From an uncultured virus (IMG/VR IMGVR_UViG_3300042987_002221) (Duplodnaviria; Heunggongvirae; Uroviricota; Caudoviricetes), in IMG/VR virus record IMGVR_UViG_3300042987_002221, positions 62,001-121,204 of that record: a stretch of DNA of 59,204 bases; one strand, given 5' to 3'. The stretch's first letter is position 1; the number at the start of each line of letters is the position of its first letter. Shown piece after piece: positions 38,320 through 49,200 of the stretch. A model generated the notes under the pieces. The model ran no database searches. It was given only the letters and a program-made list of their open reading frames with translations, and was not told the DNA's origin. Position numbers and translations under genes: made by a program.

Positions 38320-38627
38320 GTACAATAGGCGCCGCTAAGATTCAAAATCCTGAAACAGAGATTGCAATTCTTCATGTGCAAGTTAAAAACATTGAAGAAA
38401 AAATTTCTGATGTAAAAGATGATATCAAAGAAATAAAAGCTTCAATTCAGGAAAATTCTGAAAGACAAATGAAACTACTTGAAGCTACTAGAGACGCTAG
38501 TGAAGAAGCACATTCATCATTATCTAAAAAAATATCAGCACTTGAAAAGTGGAGATGGATGATGATGGGAGCAGGTATTGTAATTGGTTCTTTGGGTTTC
38601 GACACTCTATCAAAACTGTTAAAGTAA
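38316..38627 (+). CDS. Coiled-coil protein with C-terminal membrane helix (XhlA/holin-like)
   Basis: Heptad coiled coil then LEKWRWMMMGAGIVIG. Confidence 0.55.
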   Translation: MSTIGAAKIQNPETEIAILHVQVKNIEEKISDVKDDIKEIKASIQENSERQMKLLEATRDASEEAHSSLSKKISALEKWRWMMMGAGIVIGSLGFDTLSKLLK

Positions 38628-38629
38628 AC

Positions 38630-38656
38630 AACAAGGGGAATCATTCCCCTTGTTTT
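38630..38656. terminator. Bidirectional terminator between convergent genes
   Basis: AACAAGGGGA-atcat-TCCCCTTGTTTT. Confidence 0.7.
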
Positions 38657-39060
38657 ACTAAGTAATTTACCTTTTTTTGCACCACATCAAAATTTATCAT
38701 ATTAAATAACCCAGGATGTAATGGTTTAGGAAAATTGCCTAAATTTACCCATGCATATCCCAAATGTTCTTCATTTAACTTAGGGATAAATTCGTCTTGA
38801 ATCTCACAAAAAAAGGTATGATAGATAAAATTATGATTTTCAAACTTTTGTAACGGCACTAATTTTGCATTAGCAGGCCAATACTCTAATTCTTCAATAC
38901 ATTCTCTTTCTAGTCCATCAAATAAAGTTTCGGTGTCTTCAATTTTACCTCCCGGTATCCCCCAACAGTAATTTTTACTATCGTTCCGTAAAAGGTATAA
39001 GAATCTATTTGTGTTTTTACTGTAGAAAAAAACACCTGCTGACACATTGAAACAAGACAT
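38641..39060 (-). CDS. NUDIX hydrolase
   Basis: WGIPGGK.E..E......REC.EE Nudix box; LNEEH..Y.W. Confidence 0.88.
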   Translation of the reverse strand: MSCFNVSAGVFFYSKNTNRFLYLLRNDSKNYCWGIPGGKIEDTETLFDGLERECIEELEYWPANAKLVPLQKFENHNFIYHTFFCEIQDEFIPKLNEEHLGYAWVNLGNFPKPLHPGLFNMINFDVVQKKVNYLVKQGE

Positions 39061-40428
39061 TTAAATCACTATACTAAAGTCACCTGCTTCATAATAACCG
39101 TCATATGATTTAACCCATTCTTGATCTACAAATCTATATTGCACGTTAGTAGTAAGATTGGTTACATATTCAATTGTAGTTGTTGCTTGAGAATCAAAAG
39201 AAACTTCCCATTCTCCTAATCCGCCATTGTACTCAATGATATCATTTGCGTTTGCAACTATATCACCCCAAGCTGTAGTTGGCTCAGAACCACCCATATT
39301 CTCAACAATCAAATATCGTTTTCCGTTAACAGGCGCCGGTAATCCAGCCCCTGGACCAGTTACCTGTGGATTTATTATACTATCTACTGGATCTAATGTG
39401 TTTGATGGTAATGTGTCAGGGTCAATATTGTAGATTAGTAATCTATCATCATCTGGATCATAATCAATGGTACCCACGATATCATATTCCATATATGGAT
39501 TCTGTAACCATATTTGAGATATACCCGGTCTTACTGTACCATACAAGTTTAAATTTGAATGCCAATACAATGATGTATCAGGTGGTGTTGGCAAATCAAA
39601 TGTGCTATTAGGAGGAACAAAGGGTTCGTTCTCTGGTAATAATTGTAATCTATCACCTAACAACAATACTTTATATCCATAAGGAGTAATTTTTTGTCTG
39701 GTACCTAACAATAGATCATCATCTTTCATATCCAATAATGCAGAACCTTTGTAAATTGATGCGATAATTTTTTGAATTACTCCCATCTTCTTAAGTTTAG
39801 CAGGTGTGCTTATCCATATTGGCATATAGAATTTCCAACTCAATACATCAATTGGATTGGCAGTGCCTTGTGGAATCGATCTTGATGAAAAGGTTAATCC
39901 GTCTTGGAAAACAACAGACAATGAAGTCCAATCTAAGAAATTTTCAGTACTTTGAATTTCAAGAGCAGGATTAAACAATGCACCTAATTGTTCTATCAAC
40001 TCTAATTTTTGATTGTAGTTTGTAGTCCAAAAATCTACAGTTATTCTCAATGTGTAGGGTACTGGCATTAATCTTTCAACACTAAATGCTTGACCTTGTG
40101 TTGTTTCATAAGATTGTGTAGTGCTATTGTATGTACGTTGTCTTACTACTGTTTTATCTACGAAAGTGGGATCTTGGGTACGGCGTTGATCGTATTCTAA
40201 ACCAGTTATGTAATAGGTAATCATAGGTGCGCTTGGAAGATTACTTGCACTGTTATTTGCAATAATGGTTGCTGCTTGTCTACTGCTATCACCGTACATA
40301 ATAGGCACACGAACTAAGATTTCATTGCCGTCTGGATCTTTTCCCTTGGTTACATACCAATTTGAAAAAATTTTCGCAAACTGTATCAAAAATCTGCGAA
40401 TTTGGGAATCATAAAAGAAATCTGCCAA
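39061..40428 (-). CDS. gp15: Tail terminator/sheath stabiliser, T4 gp15-like with C-terminal extension
   Basis: FFYD.QIRR, VPI.YG, PVPY.L, EQ....FNP. Confidence 0.75.
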   Translation of the reverse strand: MADFFYDSQIRRFLIQFAKIFSNWYVTKGKDPDGNEILVRVPIMYGDSSRQAATIIANNSASNLPSAPMITYYITGLEYDQRRTQDPTFVDKTVVRQRTYNSTTQSYETTQGQAFSVERLMPVPYTLRITVDFWTTNYNQKLELIEQLGALFNPALEIQSTENFLDWTSLSVVFQDGLTFSSRSIPQGTANPIDVLSWKFYMPIWISTPAKLKKMGVIQKIIASIYKGSALLDMKDDDLLLGTRQKITPYGYKVLLLGDRLQLLPENEPFVPPNSTFDLPTPPDTSLYWHSNLNLYGTVRPGISQIWLQNPYMEYDIVGTIDYDPDDDRLLIYNIDPDTLPSNTLDPVDSIINPQVTGPGAGLPAPVNGKRYLIVENMGGSEPTTAWGDIVANANDIIEYNGGLGEWEVSFDSQATTTIEYVTNLTTNVQYRFVDQEWVKSYDGYYEAGDFSIVI

Positions 40429-40478
40429 TTTGTCACCTCAATAATAAAGTATTTATAGTTATCAGTGTTATGAAATTA

Positions 40479-42179
40479 TTAAGTAACCGGTGGTATAGGA
40501 TCAAATGGTTGTGTTAATATCGTAGACAATGCTTGTCTGCTTGGTATAGTAGATCCATCGGTCAATGTAACCTGATCTCTATTATTGATAAAGGTAGATA
40601 GTAAGTTTTTACTGTCATAACTATATCCAGTTGGAGTTCTTACATTTTCAGAGATTTTTACCCATAACCTACCACTCCAACGATACAATATATTAGGTTT
40701 GTAATCAATTCTAAGGAAATAATCACCTACTTCTGGGTTTTGCGGGAAAGATAATCCTGTACCTACAGGGAATCCGTTAGGAGCATTTCCATCTCCTGTT
40801 AAATAACCTTGTGTATAATTAAAGTTTAATGGACTATATCTACTTATAAATTGGAATGCAGGATCAGCATCTGCTCTAAAGTCCATCTGTGGAGTTATTG
40901 TTCCAGTAAACCCAGGAGCAGTAGGATCTTGATCAGCAGTTGCAAATGTGTTATCTGCTGTACCATATGGTCCTGTTATTGCGCCTAAGGATCTTACACT
41001 AATCATATAAGTGCCTTCAACCGCACCTGAATTTGAGCCTATTCTTTCAGGTGGTTGAACTGCGATTTTTAAAGCCGCATGTACAAACTTATCTAATTTA
41101 TCCGATATGTCCATATCAACCGTCATATCATAGATGTTTTTAAAAGTTTGTTTTGGAACTTTAATTGCAGGACTAGGTTTTTTATATTTAGGATTGTGCA
41201 TCATCATCACAACCCCAGGTGGTCCATCACTTGAAATTGTCAAGTTTATAGGAGGAGCCGGTTGTCCAATCTTTCCAGACAATTGTGTATTTGTTTCCCA
41301 CTCACCGTAAATAGGCACAACATACAAGTTTGTATTGTTATACCCAGACAACGGTACAATTCTATTTGCTTCTTCTAGTTGAGCATTGTTAATTGAGATA
41401 TTTGTGTTGTAAGTTGAAAGTATATCACTAAGTGTTTCACCTGTATCAAGGGCCCAATATGTGGCATTAGGAGGACTTTCTCCTGCTGGAACTTCCGCAA
41501 TAGAAATATAATTCTTATCTCCAAACGTTACTGTATAACCAGCAGGATATGTTTTTGTTGAATCCCATGTTCCTAAGAAGTTATCGGTTTCAACTGGCTG
41601 CTGAAGTATCTGACTAAACTCTTGGCTATTAACCAATTTCTCACATTTTATACGCCACAAGTGCGGGAACCAAGTTTGACTAAAACCCTCACTTGCAAAA
41701 TTTGCATCTGTTATTTGATAGAAACGTTTTAGTGCAACAGGTATGGTTTCTTTTAATGGGTTGTAATCTAATAAATGCGGTAATTCAATAACATCACCGA
41801 CCATCAACTTTCTACCTATGATATCAATCATGTCGTTGTAATGAACTGTGATAAAAAGGATGTCGTTGTTCAAAAACAAACCAAACTGACTTAAATCAAA
41901 ATCTAAATTCTGTACGTTATAATGCCCTCTTAATCTATAAATGTTGTCATCATAAGTTCTATCACGGTTTTCCAAAAACAATAGGTCTTGAATGTTAGTA
42001 GGACTAAGATTAGCGTAGTCAGGTTGTGTATAATCTATCGATGGACCTTGATTAGTAGGACCCAAATATTTGTGTATATACAGATCGGTTCCACCAACGG
42101 TCAATTGTTCACTAATGGTTCTATCAAAAAAACGATAATCGTTTTGCTTATTTTGTCTATACAGGCTAAGTTTTGGCAT
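40479..42179 (-). CDS. gp14: Neck protein, T4 gp14-like with insertions
   Basis: LSQFGLF, GDVIELPH; adjacent to gp15-like; GATAAATA 4 nt before ATG 42179. Confidence 0.65.
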   Translation of the reverse strand: MPKLSLYRQNKQNDYRFFDRTISEQLTVGGTDLYIHKYLGPTNQGPSIDYTQPDYANLSPTNIQDLLFLENRDRTYDDNIYRLRGHYNVQNLDFDLSQFGLFLNNDILFITVHYNDMIDIIGRKLMVGDVIELPHLLDYNPLKETIPVALKRFYQITDANFASEGFSQTWFPHLWRIKCEKLVNSQEFSQILQQPVETDNFLGTWDSTKTYPAGYTVTFGDKNYISIAEVPAGESPPNATYWALDTGETLSDILSTYNTNISINNAQLEEANRIVPLSGYNNTNLYVVPIYGEWETNTQLSGKIGQPAPPINLTISSDGPPGVVMMMHNPKYKKPSPAIKVPKQTFKNIYDMTVDMDISDKLDKFVHAALKIAVQPPERIGSNSGAVEGTYMISVRSLGAITGPYGTADNTFATADQDPTAPGFTGTITPQMDFRADADPAFQFISRYSPLNFNYTQGYLTGDGNAPNGFPVGTGLSFPQNPEVGDYFLRIDYKPNILYRWSGRLWVKISENVRTPTGYSYDSKNLLSTFINNRDQVTLTDGSTIPSRQALSTILTQPFDPIPPVT

Positions 42180-42199
42180 AATGTATTTATCTGAGACTC

Positions 42200-42228
42200 T
42201 TGACAATAAATACCAGGTGTTATACAAT
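42200..42228 (+). promoter_or_regulatory. Early sigma70-type promoter
   Basis: TTGACAATAAAT...TACAAT with 17-nt spacer, same 5' end as early cassettes. Confidence 0.8.
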
Positions 42229-42258
42229 CAAGCTTAAACGTTAGAAAACGGAGTAAAA

Positions 42259-43446
42259 ATGCCTCGTAAAGCAGCAAAACAAGTCGATACCTCAGTTGTC
42301 AAGGCTCTTGATCCCAGAGATCCTGATACCAAGTACATGGGTGAAGAACCACTGTTTACTGTTCAGCCTAACGAAGCCACGCGAAAGATTAGCCTGGTCA
42401 AAGGCTTCAATTGGTATGGAAGGTTCTACGGGCGTAAAGACGCTAAAGAACTGATTTGCCAATATCTTGACCTTACTGACAAAATTGACAAGGCAAAGTT
42501 GTTTCGCAAGGTTGATGAACGTGATATTACTATCACTACAGCGTGGCTTGCTCGCATGAGCCTGCGCGGTCTGGTTCTGTCAAAAGAAGAATCGGACATG
42601 ATTGAAAAAGAAATTGATGCATTGATCACACCCGTCAAGAAAGAAGCAAAAGTTTCTAAGACGGGGGGCACAAAGCCCGAAGTCAAAGAAGCTCCCAAGC
42701 ATAACGTGCAAGAAGTTATGCGTGAACGTGCCCGTGAGGCTGCTGGAGAACTTGAAGGTGTTCTGGACGACTATATTCTTTCTGGTGCAAAGGCAACGCA
42801 TACTCTGCGCCCGATTGACACCGTAGCAAAATTTAATGTTCTTCCTCAACACATTTCCATTATCAGTGATGTTTGGAAGAAAAAGCAAACTGAGTTTGAA
42901 GAAGTTCTGAAGGGAACCGATGCACAATTGGTTCAGGGTTATAATCATTTTACTCGTACCCAACTCAAAAACATTTCCAAGTTTATTGATCAAGTTTTGG
43001 GTGATTTGAATAGCTACATTAGCGTCAAGAAGGCATCAAAGGCACCGCGTAAGCGTAAGGCAGTTCCTATCGAGAAGCAGGTTGCTAAGATGAAGTTTTT
43101 GAAGGAATTCAAGGACACTGCAACAAAACTGGATTTGGTAAGTTTGCACCCTGTCAAACTTCATGGAGCCAGTGAATGCTATCTCTACGATACAGCCAAG
43201 CGTAAATTGATTTACATGGTTGCCGATGAGTACAGCAAGACCTTCTCAGTGAAGGGCACTACGTTGCTTGGGTTCGACAATATCAAGAGTCAGACCAAAA
43301 CACTGCGTAAGCCGGCTGAACAGATTGCACAAATTCTGAAGTTGGGTAAGCCTGCAGGACGTAAGTACTTCAGTGATATTCGTGCTGTAGCAACTACACC
43401 GAATGGACGTACTAACGAAAACATGATTATCCTTAAAGCTTGGTAA
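42259..43446 (+). CDS. Conserved basic early protein of T4-like phages, function unknown
   Basis: Early-type codon usage; C-terminal VKGTTL.GFD...S..KTLRKP...NGR.NE..IILK. Confidence 0.75.
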   Translation: MPRKAAKQVDTSVVKALDPRDPDTKYMGEEPLFTVQPNEATRKISLVKGFNWYGRFYGRKDAKELICQYLDLTDKIDKAKLFRKVDERDITITTAWLARMSLRGLVLSKEESDMIEKEIDALITPVKKEAKVSKTGGTKPEVKEAPKHNVQEVMRERAREAAGELEGVLDDYILSGAKATHTLRPIDTVAKFNVLPQHISIISDVWKKKQTEFEEVLKGTDAQLVQGYNHFTRTQLKNISKFIDQVLGDLNSYISVKKASKAPRKRKAVPIEKQVAKMKFLKEFKDTATKLDLVSLHPVKLHGASECYLYDTAKRKLIYMVADEYSKTFSVKGTTLLGFDNIKSQTKTLRKPAEQIAQILKLGKPAGRKYFSDIRAVATTPNGRTNENMIILKAW

Positions 43447-43452
43447 TCAACG

Positions 43453-43484
43453 ACCTCTACAGTAAAATGTAGAGGTTATTTTTT
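43453..43484 (+). terminator. Intrinsic terminator
   Basis: ACCTCTACA-gtaaaa-TGTAGAGGT then T-run. Confidence 0.75.
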
Positions 43485-43495
43485 GTGGAGAAATT

Positions 43496-43903
43496 ATGCA
43501 AATTGACTTAAATAAATATCAGCACTTCGTAGAAGCTGTTACCAGTAAGCCTAGCAAGGATGTTGCCGTACTGATTCAGCGTCTACACGATCTATCTCAG
43601 GAGCCCGATCTTAATATCAGTCTATTGATGACCGCTAGCATTGGTCTAGCAAGTGAGGGTGGAGAGTTCAGTGAGATTGTAAAGAAGATGGTTTTTCAGG
43701 GTAAACCCTTTAATGAAGAAAATCGTTTTCATATGAAGCGTGAATTAGGCGACATTATTTGGTATTGGGTCAATGCTTGTAGGGCACTCGGATATGACCC
43801 TAATGATGTTGTTGCAGAAAATGTGAAGAAGTTGGAATCAAGGTATCCGGGAGGACACTTTGATCCTTACTATTCAGAGAATCGTAAAGAAAACGACCTT
43901 TGA
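43496..43903 (+). CDS. mazG: MazG-like nucleotide pyrophosphohydrolase
   Basis: GLASEGGEF.E.VKK..FQG, ELGDI.WY, N..KL..RYP. Confidence 0.88.
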   Translation: MQIDLNKYQHFVEAVTSKPSKDVAVLIQRLHDLSQEPDLNISLLMTASIGLASEGGEFSEIVKKMVFQGKPFNEENRFHMKRELGDIIWYWVNACRALGYDPNDVVAENVKKLESRYPGGHFDPYYSENRKENDL

Positions 43904-43919
43904 ATAAGTAAAATCTTCT

Positions 43920-44300
43920 TCAGTATGTAGGTGACCCACAGCCTGTAAATGTGGCTATAATCCGTCCTCAATTGTGGTGTGACGGTAGATGATGAATACT
44001 GACATCAATTTACAGGACTACCCTACGGGATGCCATAAATGTCTGTCCAATGCACAGAAACATTTCCTGTATCTTAATGGTTGATGCTGCCGGATCATAG
44101 TAATAGCGATAGAGGGTCCGGACTGTTCAAGACTATCCGATGAATAATGTCTTGATATAACAGTGAATATGACAGTTTCCTAGAAATAGGTTGATGAGAC
44201 ATAGGCAATCCTCCATTTTAATAACTGAATTCATCGTCGTAAACGTACCTCAAGAATATTTTTTTAGGTTGAGTAGGTCTATCTACTCGCCTTGACCTAA
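43920..44300 (+). ncRNA. Putative large structured non-coding RNA of unknown class
   Basis: No ORF; about 12 nested helices, cUACGg and GAAA tetraloops, 9-bp alternative pairing; strand inferred from tetraloops. Confidence 0.65.
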
Positions 44301-44369
44301 GAATAACAAATAAGAAATACCGATAATACCGATATCATTTGAATAAATACATGATATAGGTGAAAACAC

Positions 44370-45167
44370 ATGACAATAAGTTCTATTGCTAGTCCGTTAA
44401 ATACTCCATCTGGTCTTACCATCGATGAATTAAAACAAGCATTGTTCAATAACATAAGTTATAGATTAGGTCAGGATATAATTGATCTTGAACTAGATCC
44501 ACAACATTATGAAGCAGCATTAAATTATGCCATAAAGATTTATCGTCAAAGAGCGCAAAATGCCACAGTTGAAACATATACTTTGATGACGGTAATTAAG
44601 AACGTTGATACTTATACCCTACCGGAAGAATTTATTAATGTAAGATCCTTGTTTAGAAGAACAGTGGGTTTAGAAACTGGCCCAAGTTCAACTAGTTTTG
44701 ACCCGTTTAGTAGTGCAATATTGAACACCTATTTGTTAAACTACAACTATACAGGTGGTATGGCAACTTATGATTTTTATGCTGGATACGTTGAATTGGC
44801 TGCACGTATGTTTGGTGGTTATGTAAACTACACGTTTAATCCAGTTACCAAAGTATTAAGAGTTGTACGAGATTTCAAAGGTACTGGTGAGCGAATTTTG
44901 ATTTGGGCTGATATTCAACGTCCAGTAATAGAGTTGTTGCAAGATCCTTATGCAGGTGTTTGGATAGGTGATTATACTTTTGCTGTATTAAAAGGAATCA
45001 TAGGTGAAGCCCGTGAAAAGTTTGGGTCTATCGCTGGTCCTGGTGGCGGAACAACCTTAAATGGTGCTGCTATGAAATCTGAAAGCAAAGCGGATCAAGA
45101 ACGTTTAATTGATGAATTGAAACGTTATGTTGATGGGTCACAACCACTTGCATGGATTCAAGGTTAA
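44370..45167 (+). CDS. gp13: Neck protein, T4 gp13-like
   Basis: YRLG...I..EL, GEAREKF..I.GP.GG.TLNG; late promoter at 44342. Confidence 0.85.
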   Translation: MTISSIASPLNTPSGLTIDELKQALFNNISYRLGQDIIDLELDPQHYEAALNYAIKIYRQRAQNATVETYTLMTVIKNVDTYTLPEEFINVRSLFRRTVGLETGPSSTSFDPFSSAILNTYLLNYNYTGGMATYDFYAGYVELAARMFGGYVNYTFNPVTKVLRVVRDFKGTGERILIWADIQRPVIELLQDPYAGVWIGDYTFAVLKGIIGEAREKFGSIAGPGGGTTLNGAAMKSESKADQERLIDELKRYVDGSQPLAWIQG

Positions 45168-45181
45168 TATAAGAGGTTTAA

Positions 45182-45793
45182 TTGATAATAGGTTTATCTG
45201 GAAGAATAGGTTCCGGCAAAGATACTGTTGCTGATTATTTGGTAAAACAACATGACTTTAAAAGATACAGTTATGCAGGAGTAGTCAAAGATTGTCTGTC
45301 ACTAATATTTGGTTGGGATCGTGAATTACTTAATGGCTATACTGTAGAGAGTAGAAATTTTAGAGAACAACCTGATGTTTGGTGGTCTAAAAGATTATGT
45401 ATAGAAAATTTTTCTCCTAGATTTGCAATGCAACATATCGCAACTGATGTGTTGAGAAAACACTTTCGTGATGAGATTTGGGTTGCAAGTTTAGAATACA
45501 AACTCAAGAACGAAACACAAAACTGTGTTGTTACTGATTGTAGATTTCCAAATGAGTTTTATAGTTTAAAAAATCTAGATGGGATCACAGTTAGAATTGA
45601 ACGTGGTGTAGAACCAAATTGGTATCAATATGCAAAAGATTTGACTAATCAAGATAACTTACAAAAGTTGTCTGAGCTAAATATCCATACCAGTGAATTT
45701 AGTAGTGTTTATTTACCTTATGATTATGTCATCAATAATGATGGCACGATTACTGACCTTTATTCTAAGATAGAATCATTGGTCAACTACTAA
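45182..45793 (+). CDS. gp1: Deoxynucleoside monophosphate kinase, T4 gp1-like
   Basis: IIGLSG..GSGKDT, PR..MQ, DCRFPNE, H.SE, I.NDG. Confidence 0.9.
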   Translation: MIIGLSGRIGSGKDTVADYLVKQHDFKRYSYAGVVKDCLSLIFGWDRELLNGYTVESRNFREQPDVWWSKRLCIENFSPRFAMQHIATDVLRKHFRDEIWVASLEYKLKNETQNCVVTDCRFPNEFYSLKNLDGITVRIERGVEPNWYQYAKDLTNQDNLQKLSELNIHTSEFSSVYLPYDYVINNDGTITDLYSKIESLVNY

Positions 45794-46126
45794 GTCTCCT
45801 CGTTTCCAATTTACTTCTTTTCGTTTTATAACTTCAATGCAGTTCAAACATACTGATCTAAGATTAGTGTGGTTGATGTTTTCTAAATTACCATCAACAT
45901 GAAAGACTGTAATCTGTGATGTAAATAATGAATTAAACCCACATAGATCACATTTTGATTTTTTCTTGTACCCACTTTTTGTCCAAGTGGGTTTTCTTGC
46001 CTTTAATTTTTTTGAAATTCTACCGCAACCATCACAAGTTTTTCTGTAATATGTTTTATCATTTTTATGATAATTTACAGCACAGTGATTTTTATTACAG
46101 ATTGTGCAAATAGGCCTAAGATTCAT
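45776..46126 (-). CDS. HNH-like zinc-binding protein
   Basis: Four CxxC pairs, H.DGN..N...NL..VCLNC. Confidence 0.7.
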   Translation of the reverse strand: MNLRPICTICNKNHCAVNYHKNDKTYYRKTCDGCGRISKKLKARKPTWTKSGYKKKSKCDLCGFNSLFTSQITVFHVDGNLENINHTNLRSVCLNCIEVIKRKEVNWKRGDLVVDQ

Positions 46127-46242
46127 TCTATATTTATGTAAAACCTTTAAAAGGCACGGTAATACCGACTTTTTGTAATAAACAAATAAATATCATTACA
46201 AACAGGTAGTAAACCTCAAAATTTTACATAAAGGAAATAATT

Positions 46243-49200
46243 ATGGCCCTTACATCACCAGGCGTAGAAGTTAGTGTAATTGACCAAAGTCAATATTTAC
46301 CAGCTCCAACAAATTCAGTACCATTCGTATTAGTTGCTACTGCACAAGATAAAGCAGACCCCAATGGTGTGGGTGTTGCTGCTGCTACAACCGCAGCAAA
46401 TGCAGGAAGAGTTTTTGAAGTAACTAGTCAACGTGATCTAGTAACACTATATGGTACACCATTTTTCTATCAGACATCAAATGGTACACCTATTCAAGGT
46501 TATGAACTCAATGAGTATGGTCTATTGGCAGCATATTCATTGTTAGGCGTAACAAATCGTTGCTTTGTTTTGAGAGCAGATATTGATTTGGCAAGTTTAG
46601 TAGGTCAAACAAGCAGACCATCAGGTCTTCCTGATGCAGGTAGTTATTGGTTAAATGCTACTACATCAACATGGGGAATATATCAGTGGAACAAAACTAC
46701 TGGTAAATTTACACTACAAAGCCCAATAGTAATTACTGATAGCGGTTCATTATCAGGCAGTGTACCTATAGCAAGCATCGGCAATATCGGTGATTATGCG
46801 GTAAATGCGTTAGACATAAATGAATATGCTCCAGCTTCAGCACAAGCAGGACAATATTTTTACAAGACTACAGACAATGTTTGGGTAGTTTTAGGATCTG
46901 ATGATTGGGCTGTAGATGTTCCAACTGTTCAAGGAACTGAAGCTCCAACTGGAACAATAACAGGTACTTTCACTATCAGTTTATCAGGTGATGTTTCATT
47001 ATCAGTTGCAGTTTCAGGAAATATCGAATCCGTTGCTACAGCCATTAACAACCTCGCTGTGACATATCTAACAGCAGAAGTTCGTGATGGTAAGTTATGT
47101 GTATTCTTGACTTACCCAGAAGTTAATACCCCAACATCAGGATCTCCTGTAAGCACCCCAAGATATTTAAGTTTTGCAAACACTTCAGGTACACCACTAG
47201 CTACTTTGGGTATTACTGCTGCAACTAACTATTATCGTCCAATTGTTCAATGGGGAACAAGTGCTCAACAACCATTATGGCAAACAGGTCAAACATATTC
47301 TAGACCAAACGGCTCAGTTTGGTTAAAAGCAGGTGGATCTGGTTTAGCTCCAGTTGTGGCTGAATGGGATAGTACTTTAGTTTCTTGGCAAAACAAAACA
47401 GTATCTTTAGCAGTAAGCGATGCTGCTGCTACTGCTGCGCTAGATTCGACCGGTGGACAGGCTATACCAGCAGGTACAGTTTACGGTCAATACAATTTCA
47501 ACAACAATTTATTCCCAACTGCTCCTGTTTATCTATGGGAAAGATTTGCATCTGGTGACACAGTAATTACTGGTTCAGTAGAAAATCCAGATTTCTTAGC
47601 TACAGTTGCTCCTGCTGATTTGGAAATCGGAAGAACATACAAAATTACTACAGTAGGTTCTACAACATGGACAGCATGCGGTGCGGCTGATAACAACCTA
47701 AACACAGTTTTCGTTGCTACTGCTACTGGTTCAGGAACTGGTGTTGCACAACCTGTATATCAATTGACCGCTCAAGTTTCAACTCCAGGTTCTTCTTCAT
47801 TATCTACAACATATACTGTTCCTGGTCTTGCTGGAATAAGTGACGCAACTGATTTTGTAACACAATGGTTGGCTGCAGGTATTCCTTATACAGACGCAAA
47901 TGTAACTACTGATGGTGCAATACAGTTGATACATACTGCAGGTGGTTCTATTATCCTCAGTGATAAGATTACTAGTGGTGCTGGAATAGGTAGATCAAGT
48001 GCATTATTAGAATTAGCCGGTTTCGTAGCTGGTACTACTGATGGTGTCAAAAACTATAATGCTTTTAATACAACATATGCTGCGGTAGCTACAACAGGTG
48101 GATCTGGTAGTAGCTTAACAATTACTGCGATTGCATCAGGATATGGTTATTACACTGTTAACGCAAATACTTTCGGATCTGCTGGTTCAGGTTATGTAGT
48201 TGGTGATAGTGTTACTGTAGATGGATCTCTTTTGGGAGGTGAAACTACTACTAATGATTTAGTAGCTACAGTATTACAAGTAGGTGGATCTGGAAACGTA
48301 CAACGTATCGCATTTGAAAGTGGTACTCCAGATAATCTTTATGCAGTAGAACTAAGCAACTGGAGAGAATTTGCTTATACTGCAAATGAAGGTGCACCAG
48401 TCAATACACCATCAAATGGTACAAATTGGTTCTACAGCGAAGTAGATCAAGTTGACATCATGATAAATTTTGATGGCGCTTGGAGAGGTTATAGAAATCA
48501 AGATTATGACCTTAATGGATTCCCATTAACAGGAAGCAACAGCACAGATCCTAACGGTCCAATTGTCACTGCAAGTGCACCAACAACACAGAGCGATGGC
48601 ACTGATTTGGTATATGGTGATATTTGGATTGATACAAGTGATCTAGATAACTATCCAATCATTTATCGTTGGCAACAAGCTGATGGTGTAGATCAATGGG
48701 TTTTAATTGATAATACCGACCAAACTAATCCAAGTGGAATAGTATTTGCTGATGCACGTTGGTCATCATCTGGTGCAATAAATCCAGTAGATGATCCTAT
48801 CCCAACAATAAAAAGCTTGCTAACAAGTGATTATGTTGATTTAGATGTTCTAGATGTAAGTTTGTATCCAACTGGAATGTTGTTATTCAACACACGTAGA
48901 TCAGGTTATAATGTGAAAGAATTTAACTCAAATTATTTCAACAATGCAAACTTCCCTGACGCAGGTGCATTTGATGCAGGTGATCCAACTAATACTGCTA
49001 ACTTACCTGAGTTCCCATACACATGGGTAAGCGTAAGTGGATTACAATCTAATGGTGCTCCTTATATGGGTCGTAAGGCTCAAAGAGCAATGGTTGTTGA
49101 AGCAATGAGAGCAACAATTGATACTAACGTTACTATTAGAGATGAAGATGTATTCTTCAACTTACTAGCAGCACCTAACTATCCAGAACTTCAACCTAAC

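Noticed and set aside
43920..44300. Group I intron, tmRNA, RNase P or tRNA cluster
   Set aside because: GTTCAAGACTA resembles an intron R element but I found no matching S element or interrupted gene; no tmRNA/tRNA ends or RNase P conserved motifs seen
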